Shown here: positions 1 to 15,459 of the stretch, piece by piece | Position numbering within the stretch: position 1 is the first letter of the stretch | How the letters are laid out: each line of letters starts with the position of its first letter | Origin: the human T2T-CHM13v2.0 reference genome, Homo sapiens | Reading direction: 5' to 3' (one strand) | Length of the DNA stretch: 64,000 bases | NCBI RefSeq assembly: GCF_009914755.1 | Contig: NC_060935.1 | Notes under the pieces: model-generated | Told to the model about the DNA's origin: nothing | Databases searched by the model: none | Seen by the model: only the letters and a program-made list of their open reading frames with translations | Translations under genes and position numbers: made by a program

Positions 1-196
1 GGCAAATTTCCCATCACCTAGACACCAATGAGTACTTTTGCCTCCTCTTCAAACAAAGTTCTAACAAGATCTCTTTCTCTTATTGGGGCCCCAGGGAATA
101 GCCCCAGCAGGGAATATTTTGAACAGCATACTCCAGGGTGCCTTGCCAAGGCCCTGCACTGAGGAGGAAGGAAAGGCTTCCTGTCATGGGGACCGG

Positions 197-1010
197 TGAG
201 GTAGGAGGCGGGATTCAACTCCAGAGGGTGAGCTCAGACACCAGACTAAATTGAGGAGTAGCTAAAACAGGGATGGGGCAGAAGCAGCTTTCCATAAGAC
301 ATGCCCACTAGTTTGCCATGTCGGTTTACCATTGCCAGGACACCTTGGAGTTACTGCCCCTTTCCATGGCAATGATCCAACTACCCAGAAGTTACTACAC
401 TTTCCCTAAAAATTTCTGCATATGCTGCTCCTTAATCTACATGCAATTAAAAGTAGATATAGGGCGGGTGTAGTGGCTCACGCCTGTAATCCCAGCATTT
501 CGGGAGACCAAGGCAGGCAGATCACCTGAGGTCAGGAGTTTGAGACCAGCCTGACCAACATGGCGAAACCCCTTCTCTACTAAAAATACAAAAATTAGCC
601 TGGTGTGTGGGCACATGCCTGTAGTCCCAGTTACTCAGGAAGGCTGAGGCAGGAGAATTGCTTTAACCCAGGAGGTAGAGTTTTCAGTGAGCTGAGATCA
701 CACCACTGAACTCCAGCCTGGGTGGCAGAGTGAGACTCCATCTCAAAAAAAAAAAAAAAATAGCTGTAAATATGACTGCAAAGCTGCCCTGAGCTGCTAC
801 TCTCAGCACACTGCCTGTGGGGTATCCCTGCTCTGCCAGAACAGTCACAGAGCTGTGGCACTTCCAGAGCTGTAATACTGCCAAAGCTGTAACACTGCCA
901 CTTCAATAAAGCCGTTTTCTTCTACTCTACCACCAACTTGCCCTTGAATTTTTTTCTGGGTGAAGCCTCACAGGCTAAGCTCCACTTTGGGGCTCACCTG
1001 CCCTGTGTCA
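197..1010 (+). mobile_element. ERV1-class solo LTR (MER66/MER41-like) interrupted by an Alu
   Basis: Begins TGAGGTAGGAGGCGGG and ends TGTCA (TG..CA); internal AATAAA at ~905; CCATGGCAA/GAAGTTAC motifs typical of MER4-group LTRs. Subfamily from memory. Confidence 0.65.
462..760 (+). mobile_element. AluS (Sx-like)
   Basis: Dimeric Alu with middle A-rich linker and poly(A) tail, inside the LTR. Confidence 0.95.
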
Positions 1011-1579
1011 GTGGGACCACCCAGCTTGATGGCCCAGAAAAATCTGATCTAGGGAAGTTCAGTAAGAAGGCAAGGAGATGAGGAGGGGCACCCCCAGAAC
1101 CAGCACAGAACATTTCCTAGAAAACTCCCACTGATACAGGTGGGACCATGGGTGGAAGAGTGAATTAATAAGTGAGAGCCTTTACAAGAAGGAAGAACCT
1201 GACCAGAGAATAAGTTTGGAGAAAACAGCAAATGTTTCCTATACCTGGAATTGAAATGGTAGGTACAAGGCTAGGCCAAGTCCTATAGGTATTGCTAGTC
1301 ATACGCTTTCTAATCTTAGTGAAATTACTCAACGACTTTTGCTCATCTTAACTGTCTCCCTACATTTGACTTTCCTCTCATCCAAAAAATCCCTCCTGAA
1401 AATAGAGCTAGATTAATCTATTGGAAAGTATCCAAGAGCATAAAGGATTTAGACATTACAACATTACAATGGTAGGAAGAAACTCCTGGTGAGGGACAAA
1501 TAATTTATTCTATGAAGCCAAAGGAAATGCAAGAAAAAAATGCATACCAAACCCTATGAAAATACCAGCAACATCATAG

Positions 1580-3278
1580 CAATAGAAAAAACAATCTTAA
1601 AGTTTGTATGGAACCAAAAGAGACCCTGAATGGCCAAAGCCATCCAAAGCAAAAAGAACAAAACTGAAGAAATCACATTACCTGACTTCAAATTATACTA
1701 CAGGGTTATAGTAACCAAAACAGCATGTTACTGGCATAAAAACAGACATATAGACCAATGAAACAGAATAGAGAACCTAGAAATGAATCCACACACCTAC
1801 AGTGAATCCATTTTTGACAAAGGTGCCAAGCACATACACTGGGGAAAAGCTAGTCTCTTCAATAAATAGTGCTGGGAAAACTGGATATACATATGGAAAA
1901 GAATGAAACTAGACCCTTATTGCCCACCATATACAAAAATCAAATCAAAGTGGATTAAAGACTTAAATCTAAGACTGCAAACTATGAAATTACTACAAGA
2001 AAACAATGAGGAAAATCTCCAGGACATTGATCTGGGCAAAGATTTCTTGAGCAATGCCCCACAAGCACAGGCAACCAAAGTAAACATGGACAAATGGGAT
2101 CAAATCAAGTTAAAAAGCTTCTGCACAGCAAAGGAGACAATCAACAAAGTGAAGGGACAATCCACAGAATGGGAGAAAATATTTGCAAACTACCAGTCTG
2201 ATATATAAGGAGGTCAAACAACTCTATAGGAAAAAAAAAATAATAATCTGATCAAAGAAAGGGCAAAAGATTTGAATAGACATTTTTCAAAAGAAGACCT
2301 ACAAATGGCAAACCGGCATATGAAAAGGTACTCAACATCAATGATCATCAGAGAAATGCGTATCAAAACTACAATGAGATATCATCTTACCCCAGGTAAA
2401 ATGGCTTGTATTTAAAAGATAGGCAATAACAAATGCTGGTGAGGATGTGGAGAAAAGGGAGCCCTCATAGACTGTTAGTGGGAATGTAAGTTAGTGCAAG
2501 CACTATGGAGAACAGTTTGGCGATTCCTCAAAAAAACTAAAAATTGAGCTATTATATGATTCAGAAATCACACTGCTGGGTGTATACCCAAAAGAAAGGA
2601 AATCAGGATATCAAAGAGATGTCTGCACTCCTAATGTTTGTTGCGGCACTGTTTACAATAGCTAAGATTTGGAAGCAACATAAGTGCCCATCGGCAGAGG
2701 AATAGATAAAGAATATGTAGTACATATACACAGTGGAGTACTACTCATCCCTAAAGAAAGAATGAGATCCAGTCATTGGCAACAACATAGATGGAACTGG
2801 AGATTATTGTGTTAAGTGAAATAAGCCAGCAACAGAAAGACAAACATCACATATTCACACTTATTTGTGGGATCTAAAAATAAAAACAATTGAACCTGTG
2901 GTCACAGAGAATACAAGGATGGTTACCAGAGGCTGGAAAGAGTAATGTGGGGTTGGGGGGAAGGTGGCAATGGTTAATGGGTACAAAAGAATAGAAAGAA
3001 TAAATAAGACATACTATTTAATAGCACAACAGGGTGACTATAGCCTATAATAATTATATATTTTAAAATAAAGAATGTAATTGGATTGTTTGTAACTCAA
3101 AGGATAAATGCTTGAGAGAATGGAGCCCCTATTCTCCTTGATGTGCTTATTTCACATTGCATGTCCCTATCAAAACATCTCATGTACCCCATAAATATAT
3201 ATACCTACTATGTACCCACAAAAAAATTTTAAAATAATTGAATTTTTTTTAAAAGCAGAAAAAGTTAAAAAAATAACA
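1580..3278 (+). mobile_element. L1 3' fragment (L1MA1-3-like): ORF2 C-terminus, 3'UTR and A-tail
   Basis: ORF 1903-2208 ([17 protein letters not shown]) is L1 ORF2 C-terminal; 3'UTR ends ATGTACCCACAAAA. Confidence 0.9.
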
Positions 3279-4379
3279 AATGCATAGAACTATATAGAGT
3301 TCAGGATGCAGCCAGGTCTACGTGTCTTCAGAATAATAATCCTTTATCCGAAAGACAGAGGTCAACACAAGCTGTATTGGAAGGGAACAGCACAGGGTTC
3401 ATTGGGAATGGTCAGTATCCTGAATCAGGCCATCCATTTAGGAGGGCCACATTCTAAGGGTACTAACTCAGTTTCAAAGGGAATTAGAAGATATAGCAGG
3501 TGTCATTTCATGTAGAAGCAAGATTGTGGACCCTAACATGTTTTCTGGCAGATAAACCAACCTTGGTAACAGTGAATTTAGGATAAACGATACTATGATA
3601 ACTCTGAGATGGCAGGAGACAGGTATTATGAAATAGCAAAATATCAACCCAGAAACCCAGTGGAGAAGGAAAGAGTAGGCACGACAAGGAACAAAAGCAA
3701 CAAAAAGATCAGTCCAAGAGGCACAGAGGAGATGAACAGATAAGTCAAACAGGAATTGGGACCCAGGAAATAAAGAAAAGTCTTAGAACAGGGACATAGA
3801 TTAGTGTGAATGAAGACCACGTGACTGAAACTCATAACCGTCTCCTAAAGTCAAACATTGCATAAAACATCAAGAGATGAGGACAAGGCTGAAGTTTCAA
3901 ACACAGTCAAGAGTCCTGAGATCAATAATATAGATCAGAAAAATATTTTCTGAGTTCCCCTTAAAGTTCTGGAAAGAAATATAGAGATTTAAAAAAGGGT
4001 CAGGTAGAAGATACTCATCAAACTAAGACAAAATACTACCAAGGGGCAAAGCAGAGGTATGAGCAAAGATCTGTGGCCACACCTTGGAGAGATGGAAACA
4101 CCTCGGAGAAAAATCATCTAATTAAGTCTATGGGGACCATGAAAAGCTTCTCAAATGAGGCAACATTAGAGAGAAAAGTTGAAGGATACCAATAGGATGT
4201 TCCAGAATCACTCACTAGTATTAAAAGGAACATTAAAACTTATAAAGTAAGGAATTCTTGATGAACATCTAAGAGATCCATGTTGAAAATTTGCATGTCA
4301 ACCTCTGTGAGATTACATAAATTGTCATGGATTATATCCTCAAATATATTTCCAAATTGCTTACTCTCTCTCCATCTCT

Positions 4380-6212
4380 CTCAAGAATGCCAATGAGTAG
4401 TAAGTTTGGTCTGTTTACATAATCCCATATTTTTCAGAGGTTTTGTTCATTATTTGAAATTCTTTTTTCTATATTTCTGTCTGAGTTTATTCAAAGGACC
4501 AGTATTCAGGTTTTGAGGTTCTTTTTTCAGCTCTGTCTATTCTGCTCTTAATACTTCAAACCGTATCATAAAATTCTTTTAGTGAATTTTTCAGCTCTAG
4601 AAGTTCAGTTTGGTTCTTTCTTAAAACAGCTATTTCATCTTTCAGCTCTTGGATCATTTTACTGGATTCCTTGGATTGTGTTTCAACTTTCTCTTTGATC
4701 TCAATAAGCTTCCTTGCCATCCAGATTCTGAATTTTGTGTCTGTTATTTCAGTTATTTCAGTCTAGTTAAGAACCAGTGCTGAGGAGCTAGTGGGCTCGT
4801 TTGAAGGTAAGGGGTCACTCTGGCTTTTTGAATTGCCAGAGCTCTTGAGCTGATTCTTTCTCATCTGGGGAGGTAGTATTCCTTTAACTGTGGTGTTAGT
4901 TGACTGTACTCAGTTTGGTTCATTTCTAGATGCTATCAGAGGACCAAGGGTCTGTATAGGAACTTTATTTATAGATGAATTCTCGAGCTTGGTTTCACAA
5001 AGGGTATATATTAGCAGAATAATTTTTAGTGTTGTATTTGGTCTGTGATCCAGTAGATGGTGTGATCCAGTAGATGGTGTTTAAGAGTAATAGCCAGTAG
5101 ATAGGCTTTTAGCCCCACTAGGCTCTTTAGTATTTCCTCACATTTACAGGTGTGCTTTGTGGTGGGGGTAGGGGCAGACATGACTCCTTAACCAAGGGTG
5201 CCTTAGGGCAGCCCCCTCTGATCACTGGTGCCATGCCCATGTTTCATAAGTGTTCCAGACCTCAGAGCTTCCTCAAGCAGAAGCTGTGACAGGGAGATAT
5301 GTCACACTCTTTCCGTACTAGCCCTGCAGAATGAGGCATGCCTCACTCCCACACTGGCCCACAGACCCACACATCTCACCTGTCTCAGTGCCCTGAGAGT
5401 GGCACTCCCTCCCATGCTTGAGTGCCGGCCACAGATCTCAGCTCTGCATTCTTGAGCTGTAACCACCAACCATGGGATACCTAGACAGCCCACGGGGTTG
5501 GGTTATAGCTGTGCTGGGGGATCCAACATGCACCCAGATGTCTGAGAGAATACTCAGGGAGAGGAAAGCACCCAGGCTGGGCAATGGAGTTTTCACTGTG
5601 CACATGCTCCTGCAGAGCAACCAGGCAGGGGCCTTGGAAGAGGCTGGCAGGCAAGAGGGCCTGCTCATCAGAGGTGACCCAGTTCCATAGAGAGCAGGAA
5701 GCTGGACCTGCTCTCTCCTGGTTCAACCCTCAGCTGGGGCTACAGCCTCTCGGATGTAGATGAGAAGCCCTAGGGGATGGGTGCCTATGGCAACACTCTG
5801 CTAGAGGTGACCTATGCATGAAATCACCTGGCCTCTATGCCAGCTGAATCCCTGTCTCTGCCTACTCCCCAGACAGATCCCTCTGGCAGCTCACAGGTAT
5901 GTGGGGGACATGGGGTGCCCTCTAGATAGGATCCCAGAGGACCATGGTGAGAGTGGGCTGTTCCTCAGTCCCCTCACTCACCCCTTCCCCAGGAGCTGTT
6001 TGGGGCTGGGAACTAGCACTGGTATTCAGGTGCCCCACGCAGGGTTTCCAGCTTCCTCTCTCTTCAGCTTCAGTGAGTGTCAACTCTCAATCCACCCTCG
6101 GTGTTTTCTCTCTGAAGATCTGCCCAAATTATATTGGGTTACTAGATGATTTGATCTCTCTCAGTGGGAGCAGTGCTTCCTAACTGTATCTAGTCAACCA
6201 TCTTGTTCCCCT
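4380..6212 (-). mobile_element. Older primate L1 5'UTR plus partial ORF1
   Basis: Reverse complement starts CAAGATGGTTGACTAG (L1 5' end); GC-richer UTR followed by A-rich degenerate ORF1. Confidence 0.75.
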
Positions 6213-6454
6213 CCTCTACTCAATTTTTTGTAAACCTAAAATAATTCCTGGCTTCTGGGGTGTGCCAGCCCCTTCCCTACAAATCTCCCTGTACCTGCAG
6301 GCCACAGGCAACACAGGTTTTGGTAGAGCCATCTGGGACCTCACTGAACTGAGGAGACAGGGGAGCAAAGACGGAACACTGACCTCACTCGGACAGAGAC
6401 CTGATTTCTTTTTTTTCTTTTTCTTTTTTTTTTTCTCACTGAAGTCTCACAGTA

Positions 6455-7230
6455 GTTCAGTGAAAAAGGATAAACTCTTCAATAAGCAGTGCTGAAACAA
6501 TGGAATATCTATATGAAAAAACAACTTGAACCCTTACCTTATATTACACAAAAATTAACTTGAAATAGATCTTAAACTTAATGTAAAAACTAGAGCTATA
6601 AACATTTTAGGGAAAAGAGGATAAAAATGTTTGCAGAGATTTGGCAAAGATTTCTTCAATAGAACACAAAAAGCGTGAACTATAAAATAAAAATTGATAA
6701 ATTGGAGTTCACTAAAATGTTTTAATTCCGATCATCAAAAGAGACCATAAAGAGAATAAAAAGGCAAGCTACAGACTAGGTAAAAATATTTGGACTACAT
6801 ATTTCTGATAAAAGACTTGATCCAGATTATATAAAGAACTATTGCAAAGCAATATGAAAAGCAACCAACTAAAAATGGTAAAAACGATTGAACAGAGACT
6901 TCTCAAAGGAAGATATCTGAATGACAAACGACCCCAAAAAGCATGTAAAATGATGTTCAATATCATTAGTCATCAAATAAATGCATATTAAAACTGCAAT
7001 TATTTACAGCAAAAGACAAATTAGAATAGTTAAAATTGACGACACTGACAATACCAAGTGCTGATGAGGATGCAAAGCAACTGGAGATTTCATACATTGC
7101 TGGTGAGAATGTAAAATGCTACAACCACTTTGGAAAGCAACTTGCAGACTTACTTAATAAAACTAAACATACACTTACTATAGAACCCAGCATCTTCATG
7201 TTTAGGTATTTACACAAATAAATTAAAAAT
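6455..7230 (+). mobile_element. Ancient L1M (L1MC/ME-like) ORF2 3' fragment
   Basis: Degenerate L1 ORF2 C-terminal sequence (CTCTTCAATAAGCAGTGCTG...TGCTGGTGAGAATGTAAAATG). Confidence 0.8.
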
Positions 7231-7283
7231 TTTAATTGCCAAATTATCCAGTTTTTTTCATCCTTTCCTTTATGTTTAGCTCA

Positions 7284-8824
<1,541 letters not shown>

Positions 8825-8826
8825 TA

Positions 8827-10113
8827 TTAGGTTGGTGCAAACATAATTGCAGTTTTTGCATTGTTGAAATTTGCCATTTGATATTGGAATACATTCTTAA
8901 ATAAATGCGGTTATGTTATACAACATTTTAATGCACACTTCTCACTTTATGTTTATTTGCTAATGAGTTATTGCTTGCTGTTTATTTCATCTTTACTTTA
9001 GAGTATGGAAATGATGTTAGACAAAATACAAATTTGAGCAATTTTCTTATTTGAATACCAAATGAGTTGTAAAGCAGCGGAGACAACTTGCAACATCAAC
9101 ACATTTGGCCCAGGAATAGCTAATGAACATACAGTGCAGTGGTGGTTCAAGTTTTGCAAAAGAGATAAAAGGCTTGAAGATGAAGTGTGTAGTGGCTGAC
9201 CATCAGAAGTTGACAACAACCAATTGAGAGCAATCATCAAAACTGATCCTCTTACAACTACACGAGAAATTGCCAAAGAACTCAATGTTGATCATTCTAG
9301 TTGCTTGGCATTTGAAGCAAATTGGAAAGGTGAAAAAGTCTGATAAGCTCATAAGTGGGTCCCTCATGAGCTGAGCAAAAATCAGAAAAATCATTGTTTT
9401 GAAGGGTTGTCTTCTCTTATTCTATTCAACAACAATGAACAATTTCTCAATCAGATTTTGACACGTGATGAAAAGTGAATTTTATCTGACAACCAGTCAA
9501 TGACCAGTTCAGTGGTTGGACTGAGAAAGAGCTCCAAAGCACTTCTCAAAGCCCAACTTGCACCAAAAAAGGGTCATAGTCACTGTTTGGTGGTCTGCTG
9601 CAGGTCTGATCCACTACAGCTTTCTGAATCCTGGCGAAACCATTGCTTCTGAGAAGTATGCTCAGTAAATCAATGAGATGCACTGAAAACTGAAACGCCT
9701 ACAGCCCGTGTTGGTCAGCAGGAAGGCCCAATTCTTCTCCATGACGGTGCCCAACCGCATGTCACACAACCAATGCTACAAAAGTTGAACAAATTGGGAT
9801 ATGAAGTTTTGCCTAATCCACCATATTCACCTGACCTCTCACAAACCAGTTATCACTTCTTCAAGCATCTCAACAACTTTTTGCAAGGAGAATGCTTCCA
9901 CAACCAAAAGAATGCAAAAAATGCTTTCTAAGAGTTTGTTGAATCTGAAAGCACGGATGTTTAAGCTATTGGAATAAACAAACTTATTTCTCATTGACAA
10001 AAATGTGTTGATTGTAATGGTTCCTATTTTAGTTAATAAATAAGTGTTTGAGCCTAGTTATAATGATTTAAAATTCATGATCCAAAACAGCAATTACTTT
10101 TGCACCAACCTAA
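8827..10113 (+). mobile_element. Full-length Hsmar1 mariner DNA transposon relic
   Basis: 30-bp TIRs TTAGGTTGGTGCAAA... at 8827-8856 and 10084-10113; 5' TA target site at 8825-8826; length ~1.29 kb. Confidence 0.95.
9005..10036 (+). pseudogene. Disrupted Hsmar1 transposase (same family as the SETMAR transposase domain)
   Basis: Starts MEMMLDK; WVPHEL (~9356) and YSPDL (~9824) mariner motifs; several stops and frameshifts. Confidence 0.92.
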
Positions 10114-10114
10114 A

Positions 10115-13100
10115 TTGTTTTTAACTTTTATTTTAGGTTTGGGGTGCAGGTGCAGGCTTTGTTATATAGGTAAACTCATGTCACAGGGGTTTGTTATACA
10201 GCTTATTTTATCACCCAGGTACTAAACCTAGTACCCAATAGTTATTTTTTTTCTGATCCTTTCCCTCCTCCTAGCCTCCACCCTCAAGTAGATCTCAGTG
10301 TCTGTTGTTCCTCTCTTTTTGTCCGTATTTTTCATGATTAAGTTCCCACTTTTCAATAAGAACATGCAGTATTTGGTTTTCTGTTCCTGCATTCATTTGC
10401 TAAGGATAACGGCCTTCAGCTCTGTCCATGTTTCTACAAAGGACATTATCTCATTCTTTTTATGGCTGCATAGTATTTCATGGTATGTATGTACCACATT
10501 TTCTTTATTCAATCTGCCATAGATGGACATTTAGGTTTATTCCATGCCTTTGCTATTATGAGTAGTGCTGCAATGAATGTACGTGTGCCTTGGTCTTTAT
10601 GACAGAACAATTTATATTCTGTTAGTATATACCCAGTAATGGGATTCCTGCATCAAATGGTAGTTCTGTTTTTAGCTCTCTGAGAAATGGCCACACTGCT
10701 TTCCACAATGGTTGAACTAATTTACACTCCCACCAGCAGCGTATAAGCATTCCCTTTTCTCTGCAACCTCACCAGCATCTGTTATTTTTTGACTTTTTAA
10801 TCATAGCCATTTTGACTGTTACAAGATGGTATCTCATTGCAGTTTTTATTTGAACTTCTCTAATTATCAGTGATATTGAGTTTTTAAATATGCTTCTTGG
10901 CCACATCTATGTCTTTTTAAAAATGCCTGTTCATGTTCTTTGCGCACTTTTTAATGGTTTTTTTTTTTGCATTCTTATAGATGCTAGATATTAGCACTTA
11001 TGAGATTCATAGTTTGCAAATATTTTCTCCCATCCTGTAGATTGTCTGTTTCCTCTGCTGATAGTTTCTTTTACTGTAGAGAAGCTCTTTAATTTAAGAG
11101 CTTAGATCCCACTTGTCATTTTTTGCTTTTCTTGCAATTGCTTTTGGTGTCTTGGTCACGAAATCTTTGCTTTTTCCTATTTCCAGAATGGTTGTCTTCC
11201 AGGTAAGTTGTCTTTCAGGATTTTTATAGTTTGGGGTTTTACATTTAAGTCTTTAATCCATCTTGAGTTGATTTTTGTATATTGTGTGAGGAAGGGGTCC
11301 AGTTTCAATCATCTGCATATGGCTAGCCAGTTATCCTAGCACCATTTATTGAATACGGAGTCTTTCCCCATTGCCTGTTTTTGTCAGGTTTGTCTAAGAT
11401 AAGATAGTTGTAAGTGTGTGGCCTTATTTCTTGTCTCTCTATTCAGCTTCTTTGGTCTGTGTGTCTGTTTTTGTACCAGTACCATGCTGTTTTGGTCACT
11501 GTAGCCCTGTAGTACAGTTTGAAGTCAGGTAATGTGATGCCTCCAGCTTTGTTCTTTTTGCTTAGGATTGCCTTGGCTGTTCAGACTCTTTTTTGATTCC
11601 ATATGAATTTTAAAATAGTTTTTCTAGTTCTGTGAAGAATGTCATTGGTAGTTTGATAGGAATAACATTGAATCTGTACATTGCTTTTGGCAGTATGGCC
11701 ATTTTAATGATATTAATTCTTCCTATCCATAAGCATAGACTGTTTTTTCCATTTGTTTGTGTCATCTCTGATTTCTTTGAGCAGTGTTTTGTAGTTCTCT
11801 TTGTAGAGATCTTTCACCTACCTAGTTAGCTGTATTCCTAGGTGTTTTATTCTTTCTGTGGCAATTGTGACTAGGACTGTGTTCCTGATTTGGCTTTGGC
11901 TTGACTCTTGTTGGTATATAGCAATGCTAGCAATTTTTGTACATTGATTTTGCTGACGTTATCAGCTTAAGGAGCTTTTAGGCCAACATTATGGGGTTTT
12001 CTATATGTAGAGTCATGTCACCTGCAAACAGAGATAGTTTGACTTCCTCTCTTCCTATTTGGATGTGCTTTCTTTCTTTCTCTTGCCTGATTGCTCTGAC
12101 CAGGACTTCCAATACTATGTTGAATAGGAGTGGTGGGAGAGGACATCATGTCCTATGCTGGTTTTCCAGGGGAATGCTTCCACCTTCTGCCCATTCAGTA
12201 TAATGTTGGCTGTGGGTTTATCATAGATGGCTTTTATTTATGTTCATGTATGTTTGGTCAATACCTAGTTTATTGGGAGTTTTTAACATGAAGAGGTGTT
12301 GAACTTTATCAAAAGCCTTTTCTTCATCTATTGAGATAATCATGTGGTTTTTGCCTTTAGTTCTGCTTATGTGATGATGTGATGAATCACATTTATTGAC
12401 TCATTTATGTTGAACCAACACAAATGTCAGGAATAAAGCCTACTTGATCATGGTGGATTAGCTTTTTGATGAGCTGCTGGATTCAGTTTGCTAGTATTTT
12501 TTTTTTGAGTATTTTTGCATCAATGTCCATCAAGGATATTGACCTGAAGTTTTCTTTTTGTGTTGTGTCACTGCCAGATTTTGGTACGAGGATGATGCTG
12601 GCCCCACAGATTGAGTTGGGGAGCAACTCCTCCTCAGTTATTTGGGAACAGTTTCAGTAGAAGTGGTACCAGTTTTCTTTGTCCATCTATAAGAATTTGG
12701 CTGTGAATCTATCTGATCCCTGGGCTTTTTTTGATTGGAAGGCTATTTACTACTAATTCAATTTCAAAGTTTTTTGTTGGCCTGTTCAGATATTTAATTT
12801 TTCCTGGTTTAGACTTGGGAGTGTGTATGTATATAGGAATTTTTCTATTTATTCTAGATTTTCTAGTTTGTGTACATAAAATTCATGGTAGTCTCTGATG
12901 GTTATTTGTATTTCTGTGGGGTCAGTGGTAACATCCCCTTTGTCATTTCTAATTGTGTTTATTTGGATCTTCTCTCTTTTCTTCTTTATTTGTCTAGCTA
13001 GAGGTCTATTTATCTTATTCATTTTTTTTCAAAAAACAAACTCCTAGATTAACTGATCTTTTGATGGTTTTTGATGACTGAATCTCCTTCATTTCAGCTC

Positions 13101-14345
13101 TGATTCTGGTAATCTCTCGACTTCTGCTAGCTTTAGGGTTGGTTTACTCTTGCTTCTCTAGTTCTTTTAGTTGTGATGTTAGGTTGTTAACTTGAGACGT
13201 CTCTAACTTTTTGATGTGGGCATTTAGTGCTACCAATTTCCCTCTTAACACTCACTTAGCTGTGTCCCAGAGATTGTGGTATGTTGCAGCTTTGTTCTCA
13301 TTAGTTTCAAAGAACTTCTTGATTTCTGCCTTAATTTCATTTATTTACCCAAAAGTCATTCAGGAGCAGGTTGTTTAATTCCCATGTAATTGTACGGTTT
13401 TAAGCAAATAGTCTTAAATTCTATGTTTATAGCACTGTGGTCCAGGAGAGTGGTTGGTATGATTTCAGTTCTTTGGCATTTTCTGAGGAATGTTTTACTT
13501 CTGATTGGGTGGTCAATTTTAAAGTATGTGCCATGTGCAGGTTAGAAGAATGTATATTCTGTTGTTTTGGGGTGGAGAGTTCTGTAAATATCTATCAGGT
13601 CCATTTGGTCCAGTGTTGAGTTCAGGTCCTGAATATCTTTGTTAATATTCTGCCTTGATGATCTAGCTAATACTGTCAGTGGGGTGTTGAAGTCTACCAC
13701 TATTATTGTGTAGGAGTCTAAGTGTCTTTCAGGGTCTCTATAAACTTGCTTTATGAATCTGAGTGCTCCTGTGTTGGGTACATATATATTTAGGATACGT
13801 AGGTCTTCTTGTTGAGTTGAACGCTTTACCATTATGTAATGCCCTTTTTTGCCTTTTTTGATGTTTGTTGGCTTAAAGTCTATTTTGTCTGAAATTAGAA
13901 TTGCAACTCCTGCTGTTTTCTGTTTCCTGTTTCCTTGGTAGATTTTTCTCTGTCCCTTTATTTTGAGCCTATGGGTGTGATTGCAAATAAGATGGGTTTC
14001 TTGAAGACAGCATACCATTGGATCTTGATTTTTTATCCAGTTTGTCACTCTATACCTTTTAATTGGGGCATTTAGCCTGTTTACATTCAAGGTTAATATT
14101 GATATGTATGGATTTGATCCTGTCATCATGTTGTTGGCTAGTTAATATGCATACTTATTTGTGCGGTTGCTTTATAATGTCACTAGTCTGTGTACTTTAT
14201 TGTGTTTTTGTAGTGGCTGGTAATGGTCTTTCCTTTCCATATTTAGTGCTTTTTTCAGGAGTTCTTATAAGGCATGTTTGGTGGTAATGAATTCCCTTAG
14301 CAGTTTCTTGTCTGAAAAGGATCTTACTTCTCCTTTGCTCATGAA
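10115..14345 (-). mobile_element. L1PA13-16-like element: ORF1 end, ORF2 and 3'UTR
   Basis: T-rich tail at 10115; ORF 13542-14129 is the L1 endonuclease domain (TLNVNRLNAPIKR...CCLQETHL). Confidence 0.9.
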
Positions 14346-15365
14346 GTGTTTCATTTTTTGTCAATACCACACTATGTTAATTATTGTAGCTTAATAATAT
14401 ATCTTACTTGCATAGCATGAATTCTTCAATCTTGTTCTCTAATGAACTTTGATGTAAAACCTGTCACCAGGCTACAGATTATAGGTTAGCTTTTCCAGAT
14501 ATGTCAATAGGAATTTTCAAACATGTGAATGAAATCACAATAATCTCATTATATATTATCAAATTTATGAATATCATGCTGATGGGTAGGCATTAGAGTA
14601 TAAGCAATTCTCATGAATCTGCCCTTTATTTTTTCACAAGCCAATAGTCCCAAGTTTTCTATTGATTGTAACTCTTAACACTCATGAAGGCTTGGATCAA
14701 AATGCCTGGCCATACAAATCTTAGCCAGTTTATTTTCAAAATTTTGTTGTATCTTATTAAGTCTGAGTGATAGGAAGAAAGGGGAACTCTGTAGTTTGTA
14801 GGGCTTTACAGAGTTTCTTTATACTCATATGTAGGATGTGGGCCTCTCACTCAATAGATAAGATTGTCATAAATCAGGAAATTCAAACTTCCTTTAAAAA
14901 CATAATTTCTGTTTCAACACTACTCATACAGGGAGTTAATAAGACGAGATTTTTTTGTCACCACAGTCCATAGTAACTAATCTCCAAAATATCCACAGAT
15001 GTTATACTCAACCTCTGTCTTATGAATTCTTTCTTTCCTAATAACCTGAACCTTTCTCTTTCAGGATTTGTGCCATCTTCTTAATCTCCACCATCCAGCC
15101 TGGACTTGATACTTTAAATGGACTTAACACCTATATATGTACAAGTTTTATTATCTGATTTCTAGCATCATGAATCAATCCCCTTCAAGGAACAGATAAA
15201 AAAGCCCATCCCTTGATAGGACAGACAAAGTACAAAACAAATTGGCATAGAAATATGTCTCCATAAAAGTTTTCAATAATTTCTGGTTGATGTTTATTGT
15301 CAGTCATAGTAATGGATATTACCAAAGAAAATAATGTGGGTTGAAGAGAGACCAGAACACTGGAC

Positions 15366-15459
15366 AGTACTTGCATTTGAGAGGTAACTAGAAAACAAAT
15401 GAAAATGAAGAGTCCTTAATTTTCATTTGTTTTCTAGTTACCTCTCAAACGCAACTACT
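15366..15459. repeat. Long inverted repeat (31-bp perfect arms, 12-bp spacer)
   Basis: 15376-15406 TTTGAGAGGTAACTAGAAAACAAATGAAAAT is the exact reverse complement of 15419-15449; arms extend to about 41 bp with 2 mismatches. Confidence 0.95.

Noticed and set aside
88-116. CCCCAGGGAA O/E-like site in a short imperfect tandem duplication
   Set aside because: At the window edge with no linked gene or paralogous support; a motif this short is expected by chance.
5044-5077. 17-bp tandem duplication (similar ones at ~19121-19150 and 22282-22317)
   Set aside because: Two-copy slippage duplications inside repeats; not a spaced array or CRISPR-like structure.
13542-14129. 195-aa endonuclease-like ORF
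   Set aside because: N-terminus of L1 ORF2 in a decayed element.
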